Shown here: positions 13,706-24,347 of the stretch, in pieces
Numbering within the stretch: the stretch's first letter is position 1
Layout of the letters: each line of letters starts with the position of its first letter
DNA from: Eledone cirrhosa
Lineage: Eukaryota
Assembly: GCA_964016885.1 (NCBI GenBank)
Contig: OZ024741.1
Location: forward strand, 682,001-746,000
DNA: 64,000 bases
Direction of reading: 5' to 3'
Notes under the pieces: model-generated
The model's input: only the letters and a program-made list of their open reading frames with translations
Told to the model about the DNA's origin: nothing
Databases searched by the model: none
Position numbers and translations under genes: made by a program

Positions 13706-14995
13706 TTCTTCCTCCTCCTCCTTCGTCCACTTATTCCTGAGAGTCCTCAAACACTCCTAGCAGGTCCTGTCAGAAGCAACCATCTCCAAAGGGTCCGGCT
13801 GGATCCCCAAGTGAGACCAGCCAAGCTCATGGATGTTATCCAACCATCTTGCTCTGGGTCAACCCCTGGGTCTCCTGCTTGTAAAATCTAACCAGCAATT
13901 CTTTCCTAAGACATTCTAACCACATGCCCATAGTATTGGAGCTGTGATCTCTCAATTCTGAGAAGTAGCGGCTCTACCTGGAGTGACTTTCTGATTTCTG
14001 AGCTACGCACTCTGTTGAGTAACATTACTCAAAAGACCCTTTGGAGGAACCCCATTTTGGTCTATCGTATTGGTGATCCAATTCTTTCGGTCATTACCCA
14101 AGATACATGACTATCGGTAAGGGTTAGCATGAATACCGAATTGAAGATAGTGAATTTGGCTTTCATACATACCTCATTTCTTCTGATTACCAGATGCTGA
14201 AGCTAGTGCATTACTGTACCAGCTTATGCAATTCTTGCACTTAATTCTGCCTCCTGCCTTCCATCACTCGTGAACATAGGCCTGAGATACCTGAACTTCT
14301 CTACCTGCGTCAGTAGAACTTTATTTATATATAGAGTGCACTGTGCAGGCTTCCTTGAGAGGATGAGTGTCTTAGTTTTCACAGCACTGATTTTCATTCA
14401 AACCATGCAGCACTTAGCATGAAACCTATCAAGTGCAAGATCATCTTCTGTCAAGTTAAATAACACCGTGTCGTCTGCAAATTCTAGCCAACTGATTTAC
14501 ACCTGTCAATCGAGATATCACTTCCAACCTATCTGTGCATGTCAATCCTGTTCATGTAAATAATGATCAGGTTAAATAGATCAGCAAAGTATTCTCTCCA
14601 CCTCGCAAAAATGCACTTCTCTGAAGAGAGAACCCTGGATGCGCTCTTGATAGTAGGTGTGGAGCATGGCTTCTTATTACGAAGTTGGCAAATGGTCTGC
14701 CAGAACACTTTATTTGCTCATCTGAAGTTGGATTCCAGCTGAACCCCAAAGTCCTCCGATGTCTTAACTTTGGACACCTTTACTGTCACTGCTGCTATTC
14801 TTCATGCCTGCTTGTACCAAAAGTGCAAGAAGGACTTATTTCCAAGCCATGCTTTGTAGGCTTCCTTCTTTGCTTGGATGGCATCTTTGACCTCTTGATT
14901 GAACCAAGGGGTCCTCCTGCCATCCAGCTCCACACCAAGCTTCTTTCACCCACTGCATTTAGCGAGACATGGTCACCCGACACAACTTGCCTCTA
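13706..14995 (-). mobile_element. Degenerate RTE-clade LINE (Expander/RTE-1-like) with internal deletion
   Basis: Minus frames give RWREYFADL, WLEFADD, EKFRYL and RRPRG*PRARWLDNIHELGWSHLGI; (GAG)n-like tail near 13710. Confidence 0.75.
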
Positions 14996-15074
14996 AATGG
15001 GACAAACCTGTCTAACCCATGCTAGCGTGGAAGATAGACATTAATCGATGATGATGATGATAATAATGATATAT

Positions 15075-15765
15075 ATATATAGAGAGAGAAGAAAAGACAC
15101 TAGAGAGAGTGTGTGTTTATCAAGTTACAGGGAATACCACTAGCGTATGGAACCTGTAAATTAAGAAAGGTGAGGCAGATACATAAATTAAAAATATAAA
15201 TTAGAATGATGCGAGTTTCTGACTCCGTTACTTCATTTTGATATATTGCTCCTAACAAGGGTTCTCTCTCTCTGTTTTGTCAAGCAGCTTAATTTGAGTG
15301 GTTTTGGGCTGCCATTTCTAGCGGCACATCCTACCTAAGCCACTGGTCTACTGTCTCATACACACATTTCCTTCTCTCCCACGTGTTGCAAAGCAGTTAT
15401 TTTAAGTTCTCCTAGAGTCGTTTGGAAGGAATTCACTTACCACACGCTGATGAAGCTGGGTGAGTTCAATCCAAACACTGATTTTCTGGTGAAACAATCT
15501 CAGTTTGTACGTGTGTGATATATAGTTCTAAAGGTGGGTTCCATCATTCTAATTTATATTTTTAATTATAATGTATCTGCCTCACCTTTCTTAGTGTATA
15601 GGTTCCATACACTAGTGGTATTCCCTGTAACCTGATAAACACACACTCTCAGTGTGTTTTCCTCTCTATATTATATTTGAAGAGCCCAGGATTCTTTTTC
15701 CTTTGAGCTCGTGAATTACAGGGACTAACGCGAGTTTATGACTCCGTTACATCATTTTGATATAT
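15075..15765 (+). mobile_element. Penelope-like pseudo-LTR remnant with 5' inverted segment and short direct repeat
   Basis: 15075-15211 is the reverse complement of 15542-15675; 15211-15246 is repeated directly at 15730-15765; contains a hammerhead motif. Confidence 0.65.
15441..15515 (+). ncRNA. Type I hammerhead ribozyme motif
   Basis: Helix I CACACG/CGTGTG; core CTGATGA 15447-15453; wobble-rich helix II GCTGGG/TCTGGT; GAAAC 15491-15495; helix III ACAA/TTGT; cleavage triplet GTA 15507-15509. Confidence 0.75.
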
Positions 15766-15862
15766 ATATATATCAGCATGAATGGACCTGTTATTTTTAT
15801 GTAAAGACATTTTTCCAATTCCATCCCGCCTGTCCCCTAAATCTATTTTATTTCTCATTCTT

Positions 15863-15898
15863 TCTTTTGATGAAGGATTAGCGTCCGAAACGTTAAGA
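15863..15898 (+). ncRNA. Minimal Penelope-type hammerhead motif with C3>U core change
   Basis: TCTT-TTGATGA-A-GGA(TTAGCG)TCC-GAAAC-GTT-AAGA; helix I TCTT/AAGA; self-complementary AACGTT helix III. Confidence 0.55.
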
Positions 15899-15982
15899 CT
15901 CTCTTCCTGCTATATCAAGCGTTAACCTAATATATACCTTCCGTATACTGTACCGATTGTGTTGTTATTTCTGTTTACCTTT

Positions 15983-16019
<37 letters not shown>

Positions 16020-16024
<5 letters not shown>

Positions 16025-16135
16025 AACAAGTAAGACCCCGACGGCTGAGCTCAAACCGTTTCGACGGCTAATTCTGTACAGAATTAGCCGTTGAAACGGT
16101 TTGAGCTCAGCCGTCGGGGTCTTACTTGTTCCTAT
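16020..16135. repeat. 116-bp spacerless palindrome (1 mismatch) containing the 3' half of a hammerhead
   Basis: 58-bp arms centred on TGT|ACA (16077/16078); right arm reads GAAAC-GGTT-TGAGCTC-AGCC-GTC-GGGGTC. Confidence 0.9.
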
Positions 16136-16211
16136 TACCCACTCTACTACCCTAAGTATTGAGTACTTTGGTGCGTTATGGTCCACCTGGTTCCTTACCA
16201 CATTTCCTTTG

Positions 16212-16258
<47 letters not shown>

Positions 16259-17606
16259 CATATATATAACGAAGGAGGTGTGGTAAGGAACCAGATGGAC
16301 GGATATGAAGGCAGCTGAGGATTATCTCAAAACTTTTTCCAGAATTATAGCAGCCGAAGGATACATATCCTAGCAAGTCTTCAACTGTGACGACAGGACT
16401 TTTTTGGAAGAAGATACCAGAGAGGACTTATATAACGGCAGAGGAGAAGAGGGTGTCTGGCCACAAACCCATGAAGGACAGGTTAACCCTCGCACTGTGT
16501 GCCAACGAGAGCGGCGACTGCAAGATTAAGCCACTGCTCGTTTATCATTCGGAAAACCCCAGAGCCTTTAAGTCGCATAAGATTCTGAAAGAAAAAAACT
16601 ACAGGTTGTGTGGAGGGCAAACCCAAGGGCATGGGTCATCAGGTAATCCTTTGTGGAGTGGGCGAATTTGGTCTTTAGTCTTGATGTTAAGAAATATCTC
16701 CAGGAAAATAACCTACCCCTGCAAACCCTTCTCATCCTGGACAATGCACCTGCTCACCCACCTAAACTCGAATAGTTCAAGTTTATAAAGGTTCTCTACC
16801 TTCCACCCAACACCACCCCTATCCTGCAGCCCATGGCAAGTAGGTGATTTCTAATTTCAAGAAGGGTTTCACCAAGCACTTGTTCCGCCACTGCTTTGAG
16901 GTGACAGAGAGCACAAACCTCACCCTTCGAGAGTTCTGGAAGGACCACTATAACATCGTGATATGTCTCAGAATTATCAATATGGCCTGGCAGGGTGTTA
17001 CAAAGAGGACCTTGACCTCTGCGTGGAAGAAGCTGTGGCCTGAGGTTTTATCTAAAATGGACTTTGAAAAACTCGAACCCGAAGCGCTAGTGATGGAAGA
17101 GATTGTATCCCTCGGCAAGTCTATGGGCCTAGAAATGGATGAAGGTGACATCAACGAGCTCATCAAGGAGCACTTCGAGGAACTGACAACGTAGGAGCTA
17201 AAGGAGCTACAGATGCAGCAGCACACGGTGGTTTTGCAGGAAGTAGGTGGCACGGAGGAGGTTATCTCTACAAGTGAGATAAAGGAAATATTGGGAATGT
17301 GGGAGAAACTTTCAGACTTTATTCAAAAGAAACACCCAGAAAAAGTTGCAACTGGGCGTGCAATGGCGCTATTTAATGACACGTGCCTAACTCATTTCAG
17401 AAACATTCTGAGGGGTAGGATAAAACAAACCTCATTAGATAGGTTTTTATCGAAAACTCCTGCAGATTAAAGTGAGGAAAGCGTGGCTAAAAGGGCAAAA
17501 ATCAGCGAATAAGATTCAGTTATTCAGTTCAGCCTTTCTCCTCCACCTCCGTCAATATCCTCGAGTCGACTGATCTCCAAGGTAAATACTGTACATTATA
17601 CTTAAT

Positions 17607-17771
17607 GAAGAGGGTCTGACGCCATGCTTTGCAGCAAAGAGTTACGGCCCTTTATGGTCTGAGTTCAAATCCCGCTGAGGTTAACTTTGCCTTTCATCCT
17701 TACGGGGTCGATAAAATAAAGTACCAGTAATGTACTGGGTAATTGGTGGCCTTGTGCCAAAAGTAGAAACA
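17607..17771 (+). mobile_element. tRNA-derived SINE (family A), 5'-truncated, inside the Tigger element
   Basis: B box GAGTTCAAATCC; 12-bp TSD ATTATACTTAAT at 17595-17606 and 17772-17783. Confidence 0.85.
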
Positions 17772-17988
17772 ATTATACTTAATAGCACATTCTATGGTAT
17801 TAGTTTTTATACAATATTCGTTATTTATAAGTACATTTTTCTTATTTAAAAACACGTAAAAAAAAAAAAATATGCGGTGGTTTTTGGGGCCCCGGAACGG
17901 ATTAATTGCATTTCAATTGATTTGACATACGAGTAATTTGAGTTACGAGCTCCGTCACAGAACGAATTAAACTCGTAAGTCAAGGTAC

Positions 17989-18329
17989 CAGGGGCGAAGG
18001 GTCAGTGCATGCAACGCATGCGTTATAGAATCTTATAGAGTTGATCAATTGCGTCGGTTGAAGCAAGCAGAATTTTGGCTGCTTACTAATACGTATAGAC
18101 ACAAAAAAAGATAACACACACATATACACGACAGCTTTGGGGCAAGCAGAATTTTGACTGCTTACTAAATCGTAGACACATAAAAAAATAACACACACAC
18201 ACACTAGATAATACATGCAGCTTTGACCAGGAGGGTCATTTAGAAGGAATTTTTAAGGCTGCACAGCCCCACTTTCCGCCATGGCGATTGGACTGCATGC
18301 CCTGCTTTCCAGGTTACTCTTCGCCACTG
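17989..18329. mobile_element. hAT-type non-autonomous element inserted in the Tigger right TIR
   Basis: TIRs CAGGGGCGAAG / CTTCGCCACTG; 8-bp TSD CAAGGTAC / CAACGTAC; internal ~80-bp tandem duplication. Confidence 0.75.
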
Positions 18330-18744
18330 CAACGTACCGTTGTATATATATATATACGTGTGGAAGATTAGTAAAATCGGAGTTATATATACCTGTACAG
18401 CCACCGGAACCACGTCGCTACATACCTATAACAAGGATCTCCGTTAGTTTCGACTATAAGTATTTCAGTTGATCTATAAACGGAGAGACCATGACGGAAT
18501 TACCTCGTAAATGCCTCAACTTTCCAAGACACGTGTACCGTTCTTGATTCAACATGACAGTGCGTGTGATAAAGCTGGCTATTTGACAGGTACAACTAAG
18601 TTTCGCCAGAGTTACAAACCTTACTTTTTAGCTTTAATGTTATTGAAAATTAAAACTCCTTTCTCTCAGTCGTCAACCACATAGGGATATATATTATATA
18701 ATAGTTTTTTTAACAATGATAATAAAGGCAAGTTATTTTACATA

Positions 18745-18794
<50 letters not shown>

Positions 18795-18990
18795 TATTAT
18801 GTAACTTGTGGTTACTAACGGCGACTCTGGTCGGGGCACTCGATGTGATCCGTCTCTCGTTAGCTTGCGCTCCACGTTTAAGCTGGCTGTAGTTTTCAGA
18901 GTATATAAAGAGTGACAATAAGAATTGCAGCTTTTTGTAAACTTTATTTCATATTACAATTGTTTCTATATCGATCAGATCTTATTGTCA

Positions 18991-19054
<64 letters not shown>

Positions 19055-19239
19055 GTGGTTGACGTACAAATTATACATACATTCTTTAGACTTACTTTAT
19101 ATCCAGTTATTATAGTCGCCACTCCTTGTAAAAATAATCCTACAGTGAAATTTCGTGTAGTTGCTGTCGTTGATTTAACTCAGACTATGATGGTGGTTAC
19201 AGCTGTAATAGTAGTCTGTACTTGTGTATGGATTCTTAA

Positions 19240-19383
19240 TGTTGTTGTAGTAGTAGTAGTGGTGGTGGTGGTGGTGCTAGAGTAGTAGTAGTAGTAGTAG
19301 TAGCAGTGGTGCTGGTGGTAGTGGTAGTAGTAGTAGTAGTAGTGGTGGTAGTAATAGTGGTAGTAGTAGCAATGGTGGTGCTG

Positions 19384-19442
<59 letters not shown>

Positions 19443-19755
19443 GGTGGTAGTAGTGGTAGTAGTAGCAGTGGTGGTGCTGGTGGTTGTGGTAGTAGTAGTA
19501 GTAGTAGTGGTGGTGCTGGTGGTTGTGGTAGTAGGAGTGGTAGTCGCGGTTAGATTTAAATAAACCGACAAGATTCACTCCATTAATTGAACTTTTCGCA
19601 TAGAGGTGAGGGCTGGTTGCGGTGGTGGTGATAGTAGTGGTGGTGGTGGTGGTGGCGGTGTTAAGAGTGGTGGAGGTGGGCTTAGGGGTGGCAGTGTTGC
19701 TGGGGGATGGTGTTAGGGGGGGTAGGATTGGTAGTAGCGGTGGTGGTGGAGTTAG
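19240..19755. repeat. Compound (GTA)n/(GTG)n trinucleotide microsatellite
   Basis: Directly visible; explains the poly-Thr, poly-Val and poly-Tyr/His ORFs. Confidence 0.95.
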
Positions 19756-19913
19756 TGGGATGTTAATATGGTGTATATATTCTAACTTGTTTAACTGACA
19801 ATCCTTAATATTACGTTCGTAAACTCTAGAGAAAACTACAATATAATACTCCATTGAAACAACAAACGTCATTCAATTTTCTATACAAACGAACAATGAT
19901 ATTTATATATATC

Positions 19914-20887
19914 TATACCAGATATAAAAATGCGTACAGCAAAAAAAAGTAATATTGTTGGAATATAAACCTTTAAAAATACAGGACAAGAAACTAAAAT
20001 AAAACTTTAAAAGAATAGGACAAGAAACTAAGATAAAACTTTAAAGAATTGGACAAGAAATAAAAAATTTTACAATAATATTAGTGGCAAAATTTTTATT
20101 GGTAAAAAATCGAGTTCCACATTCATAGGCTCTGGGTTCCACATTCAGAGGTCGTCGTCAGACCGGGGGGATCATTTGATCCTGGTTTGAACACCAATTG
20201 GGCCATAACCATACCCCTATTTCATCATTCGGCGACAGGCCTCATGTGTCATGCATAATGTGAATGGACCCATGATCTTGACCAACCCGTCCATCTTCTC
20301 CTTGCATCTTGTCCTTGAGTTCAAGTCCGGCAGTCCAGATGAATGCGTGCCACAGCTTTCTGGTACAGGAAGGGGGAGCAGGAGGATTGGAGGGATGACG
20401 GGACAGAGGGAGGGCGGACCGGTGGTTGAGGGAGGTGCCGTAGTCGGTGGTCAGAGTCGACATCTTGTCCCGGTCGTCTTCTCCATCTTCGTCTGGTGTT
20501 GCGGGACCAGAAGTGCATTCTTGGAGGAGACCTGCAGCTGCATCGGCCAATTCTTCTTGCAATGGTCATTATGACGGAGTAGAACTGCTCAGCCAACCAA
20601 CCCCAACCAGAACCAACCGCTCAGGCGCAACGCACAATGAGAGCATGACAATTATTATGCACTAATCAAGAAGATACTGGGGCATAGCACAGGAAACGAA
20701 TAAAAAAATGTTGCCACTAATATTATTGTAAAATTTTTTATTTCTTGTCCAATTCTTTAAAGTTTTATCTTAGTTTCTTGTCCTATTCTTTTAAAGTTTT
20801 ATTTTAGTTTCTTGTCCTGTATTTTTAAAGGTTTATATTCCAACAATATTACTTTTTTTTGCTGTACGCATTTTTCTATCTGGTCTA
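19914..20887. repeat. ~185-bp near-perfect inverted arms (19914-20100 and 20699-20887) enclosing a 600-bp GC-rich core
   Basis: Arms are reverse complements, each with three GGACAAGAAA..AAAACTTTAAA subrepeats; no TSD seen. Confidence 0.9.
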
Positions 20888-21093
20888 CTATTTTTTAAGG
20901 CAATGCAACCAACAACTATCTAATAATTAAATGATCATAGTGAATTACTGACAAGTGATTGACATTTTAAAGTTCTTTTGAGTATAATTGCAATCTAGTT
21001 GAGGCAACTGGCTTAATGACAAAGCTAGTAAATCATGAATGCATTTGAGATGATTAGTGCATAATAGTGAATTGGTGAAACTTGTGCATTTCA

Positions 21094-21518
21094 ATGGTGT
21101 TACAACAATAGATGTAAGTTATATAGTAGTAATACTTTATCATTTTAACTTTTTAGAATGGACAAAAACCCATGCAAAGAAATGACTTTGACTGCAGTGA
21201 TTCTCTCCAATTTACTTACAAAGCAAAACGTGGTCAAATACCTTATCATCTCTGATAAAATGCCCATTGAATCACTGAAAATCGGATGCATGGAATTCCT
21301 CATACAATGCACCTATGAATCGGAAGCCATCACATATATCAATGGATATAGGGAGTTGTTCACACAGGAAGACCTTTCACTTCATTTGTGACTTCATCAG
21401 TTATCTCCACGATTATCTCAGACACCCAATGCCATTGATGAGAGGTGATCCAATGTGTGAGCATGTAACTAATCTTATAGAAGTTGTTATCGACCACCTG
21501 GCTTTTAGTGACATTTGA
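21094..21518 (+). pseudogene. Two-exon gene remnant of unknown function
   Basis: ATG at 21094; 43-nt intron GTAAGT...TTTTTAG (21114-21156) joins in frame to MDKNPCKE...; one premature TAG in exon 1; one frameshift near 21388 continuing as CDFISYLHDYLRHP...SDI*. Confidence 0.45.
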
Positions 21519-21698
21519 CTGATTTGACTGATAATGATGTATTTTAAAAAAGTATGTGTACACTCTTGTTACTATTTTAAGGCAATGCAAGCAACAACTA
21601 TTTAATAAAATTTAAATTTAAAAATGACCATTGTGCATTACTAGTATGATGACATTTTATTAAGTCACAAAATTAGTCAGTCAGCCATAGAACAAGGA

Positions 21699-22452
21699 TC
21701 AGGTGGCAAAAACATTGGCAAAAATTTGTGTCAATTTAAGATTTCCAACATTGTTGAAGTCAGATTTGTCAAATTTTGACCAATTTTCAATGTTGTGAAG
21801 ATTGGGCAAGTTCAATTTTTGAATCATTTCTTTCATGCAGTAATTAAACTTTTCCAAACGAGAATTTCTCTTGCCCAAGTCATTTTTATTTTCAATTACA
21901 CTTTGTGGACGTGGAATGACACCACTGTAGAAAATGGGTGTACAGTGGTGCTTTTCCGCTATTTTCTGTAGCCTTGCAAAGAGACTCTTCCCCTGTTTTT
22001 CCCGTTTTGTGCCTCGAATGGGCACTTTGTCCTTAATTTACAAATAAATGATTAATAAAAAATACTTGGGCAAAAATGATTGTAGTGCCAACGGTGCGAC
22101 GAGGATTCAGATCATTAGAGCCGACATGAACCACCAATACTTTCACAAAAGGACAACAGATAACAATGTTGGCGATTAACATTACCTGGCCCTGACGAGC
22201 CCCAGGTATACAAAATATCTAAGTATTTTTGTTGGTATGATAAGTAAATACATTTGAATTAATATTTTATACCTTCTGGTCATTCGATTTCGCCACATTT
22301 CTAATTATGGATTTGTAAAAACTGGCATGAATGTGAATTTGATCAGTCCAATTGCCCGATTTTAGTGAAAAGTTTTGATTCGAAATGGAAATACTCCATT
22401 TCCGTGCCATGGAAAAAATGAATAAACCGATCAAAAAGCCGCGAAACATCAT
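21699..22452 (-). CDS. Spliced SGNH/GDSL hydrolase-like gene (3 exons), catalytic motifs partly degenerate, possibly a pseudogene
   Basis: Exon ending 22273 (..KSIIRNV..QK); 54-nt GT-AG intron; exon 22218-22093 or -22066 (IFCIPGAR..VLVVHVGSND); 61- or 34-nt GT-AG intron; exon 22031-21699 (SGVIPR..NSRLEKFN..IENWSKF). All junctions phase 0 with no stops. Start codon uncertain. Confidence 0.7.
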
Positions 22453-22499
22453 TTTTAATTAAGCGAAATTAGTGGATGCAAATCTCAGAAAATATTGTA

Positions 22500-22850
22500 C
22501 ACTATTCGCACCTATCGCACTATTCGCACCTATCGGTACAAAAATATAGCGCACTATTCGCACCTATCGGTACAAAAAATCGCACGACTGTTAATAATAC
22601 TAGAAGTGCAAACTATCTGTTGAATACCTGGTATATGAAGAGCAACCGATACGATCGGTCGGCGATCGGTCTTGAAGAAGAATGAAGAATGAAGTGAAAT
22701 TTTGGTCTGGTTGTTGTCATCGGTGTTTCGCAGAGATGCCGGCACGAACAAAGGTGTCAGTGACACAAAGTTGTCCGCTTGAACAAAGGTGTCGGTCCGA
22801 CAAAGGTGTCAGTCAGACAGTGTCACAGTCGGTGCGACAAAGCGATCGAT
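22500..22850. repeat. Short tandem motif clusters (GCACTATTCGCACCTATC x3; ACAAAGGTGTC-like x5)
   Basis: Visible at 22500-22570 and 22747-22842; resemble subterminal repeats of DNA transposons. Confidence 0.6.
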
Positions 22851-23389
22851 GCGATTAAAAAAAATTTAACTCACATGTTTACCTATATTTTCGCAAACTA
22901 TTGATAGATTGGTACAAAAAATAGCTTTGATAATAAACATAAATTTTTAACGAAGTATTTAAAAAGCATTTTAGCAGTGAAAAGTGAAGTAATGTTTCAC
23001 ACTGACGCAAGTAGGGCCGTTCAGAAATGACGTAGTCAATTAGGAGGAAGGATTCGGCGATTTGACTTCATTTGACTAATGTAATCACAATCACAAGAGT
23101 TCCGCCGAAAAAAACTCTCATTTTCTGGATTACCTCCCCTAGCGTCACGCTTACTACTCACTCACTTGAACACAAGATTTATCAGCAAACTTTGATTATA
23201 AACTTTTTCCCGCTGGACCAAATTTCTAGAGATTTAAGCCAAAAGATGCGTAATGATCTACTGTTCATGCTCATATAAGTTTTATCTCAGTTAAATAAAG
23301 TAGAGCCGCGCTGTACGGTCGTAAACAGACGATTGCCAACGAAAACACGACCACAACAATATTACTAAACGGACTACCGTCCGTTTAGG

Positions 23390-24295
23390 ATATATAAAAC
23401 GAAAGTTGTCTGGCTGTCTGTCTACTAAAACGGCCGGTACACATCTCCTCCTAAACCGTACGTTCAAATTTCGGTGAAATTGCTACACTTATAGATGAAG
23501 GTCCGGCGGAGACATCGGTCAAAAATATTTTCAAATCGACTCACGCCAAGTGCAAAAATCGAATTTGTAATGTATTGATTTTTCAATTTAAATGTATAAA
23601 TAGAGATGAGAGACGAGTTATTTCCCTTTTATGGCGTCATTTGCTTATCTATTTATGTTACGAATAAACGACGCGTGCAAAAATATACAAACAACTTTCG
23701 GGCCAACCAAATTTTAACCTGCAAAATTCATGAGTTCAAAATTTCAACATTAAGCTTCCATTTTGCTTCATTTCCATTAAAAAGTCTTTTAAGACAATAT
23801 TTTTACTTGAAAACAAGCCTATTTGAATACACCGTAAAACAAGCAAATATTTTGTAAAAAAAGCATTCATCTCGAATAAAGCCTTATGAGATTTTCATTT
23901 AGAAGCAATGATTTTAAACGACAGACAGATAACGCATTTTTTTTTTAATTTTTTTTTTATGTCCATCCAATTTCTTTGTTTCAAAATAACTGATAGTTTG
24001 GTTACGCTGATGGTTTTCTCTGAGACAAGTGTGCAGTGTTTACATTTTTGATTTGTTAATAGATTACCAGTGCAGTTTTTATCCCCAGCATCCTCTTTTG
24101 TTTTAACATTCGGGTTATGGTTATGTTTTCTTAACTTCATAAGGCATACTGTTGGTTGAGGGACTATTAATCAAAAGTACCACATGAAAGTCTACACTGT
24201 AGACTCTACAGTTTTTAAACCAAGAAAGGAACTTAACATTGTAACTTTAACACAGCTACTGAGCAGCCCCGAGCAGCGCCGGGCTTTACTGCTAG
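23390..24295 (+). mobile_element. Non-autonomous Helitron-like element
   Basis: 5' ATATATAAAA..GTCTGGCTGTCTGTCT; 3' GC hairpin GCCCCGAGCAGCGCCGGGC followed by CTAG|T at 24292-24296. Confidence 0.65.
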
Positions 24296-24302
24296 TATAA
24301 AC

Positions 24303-24343
<41 letters not shown>

Positions 24344-24347
24344 CGCT

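Larger units (their letters stand above)
16301..18342 (+). mobile_element. Tigger/pogo DNA transposon, 5'-truncated, with transposase pseudogene at about 16301-17510
   Basis: QVFNCD.TGLFWKK, GHKPMKDRLTL, KPLLVYHSENPRAFK, LILDNAPAH and LPPNTTPILQP motifs (TIGD1-like DDE); 3' end ...CTCGTAAGTCAAGGTAC[insert]CGTTG-TA. Confidence 0.9.

Noticed and set aside
18425-18492. Hammerhead-like stem with CGAAAC on the minus strand
   Set aside because: No CTGANGA box and no valid helix III.
19180-19872. Mucin-like poly-Thr or Tyr/His-rich protein
   Set aside because: Translation of (GTA)/(GTG) microsatellite.
20180-20300. dUTPase-like motif GMVMAQLVF on the minus strand
   Set aside because: Single short motif directly after two stops; other dUTPase motifs not convincing without a profile search.
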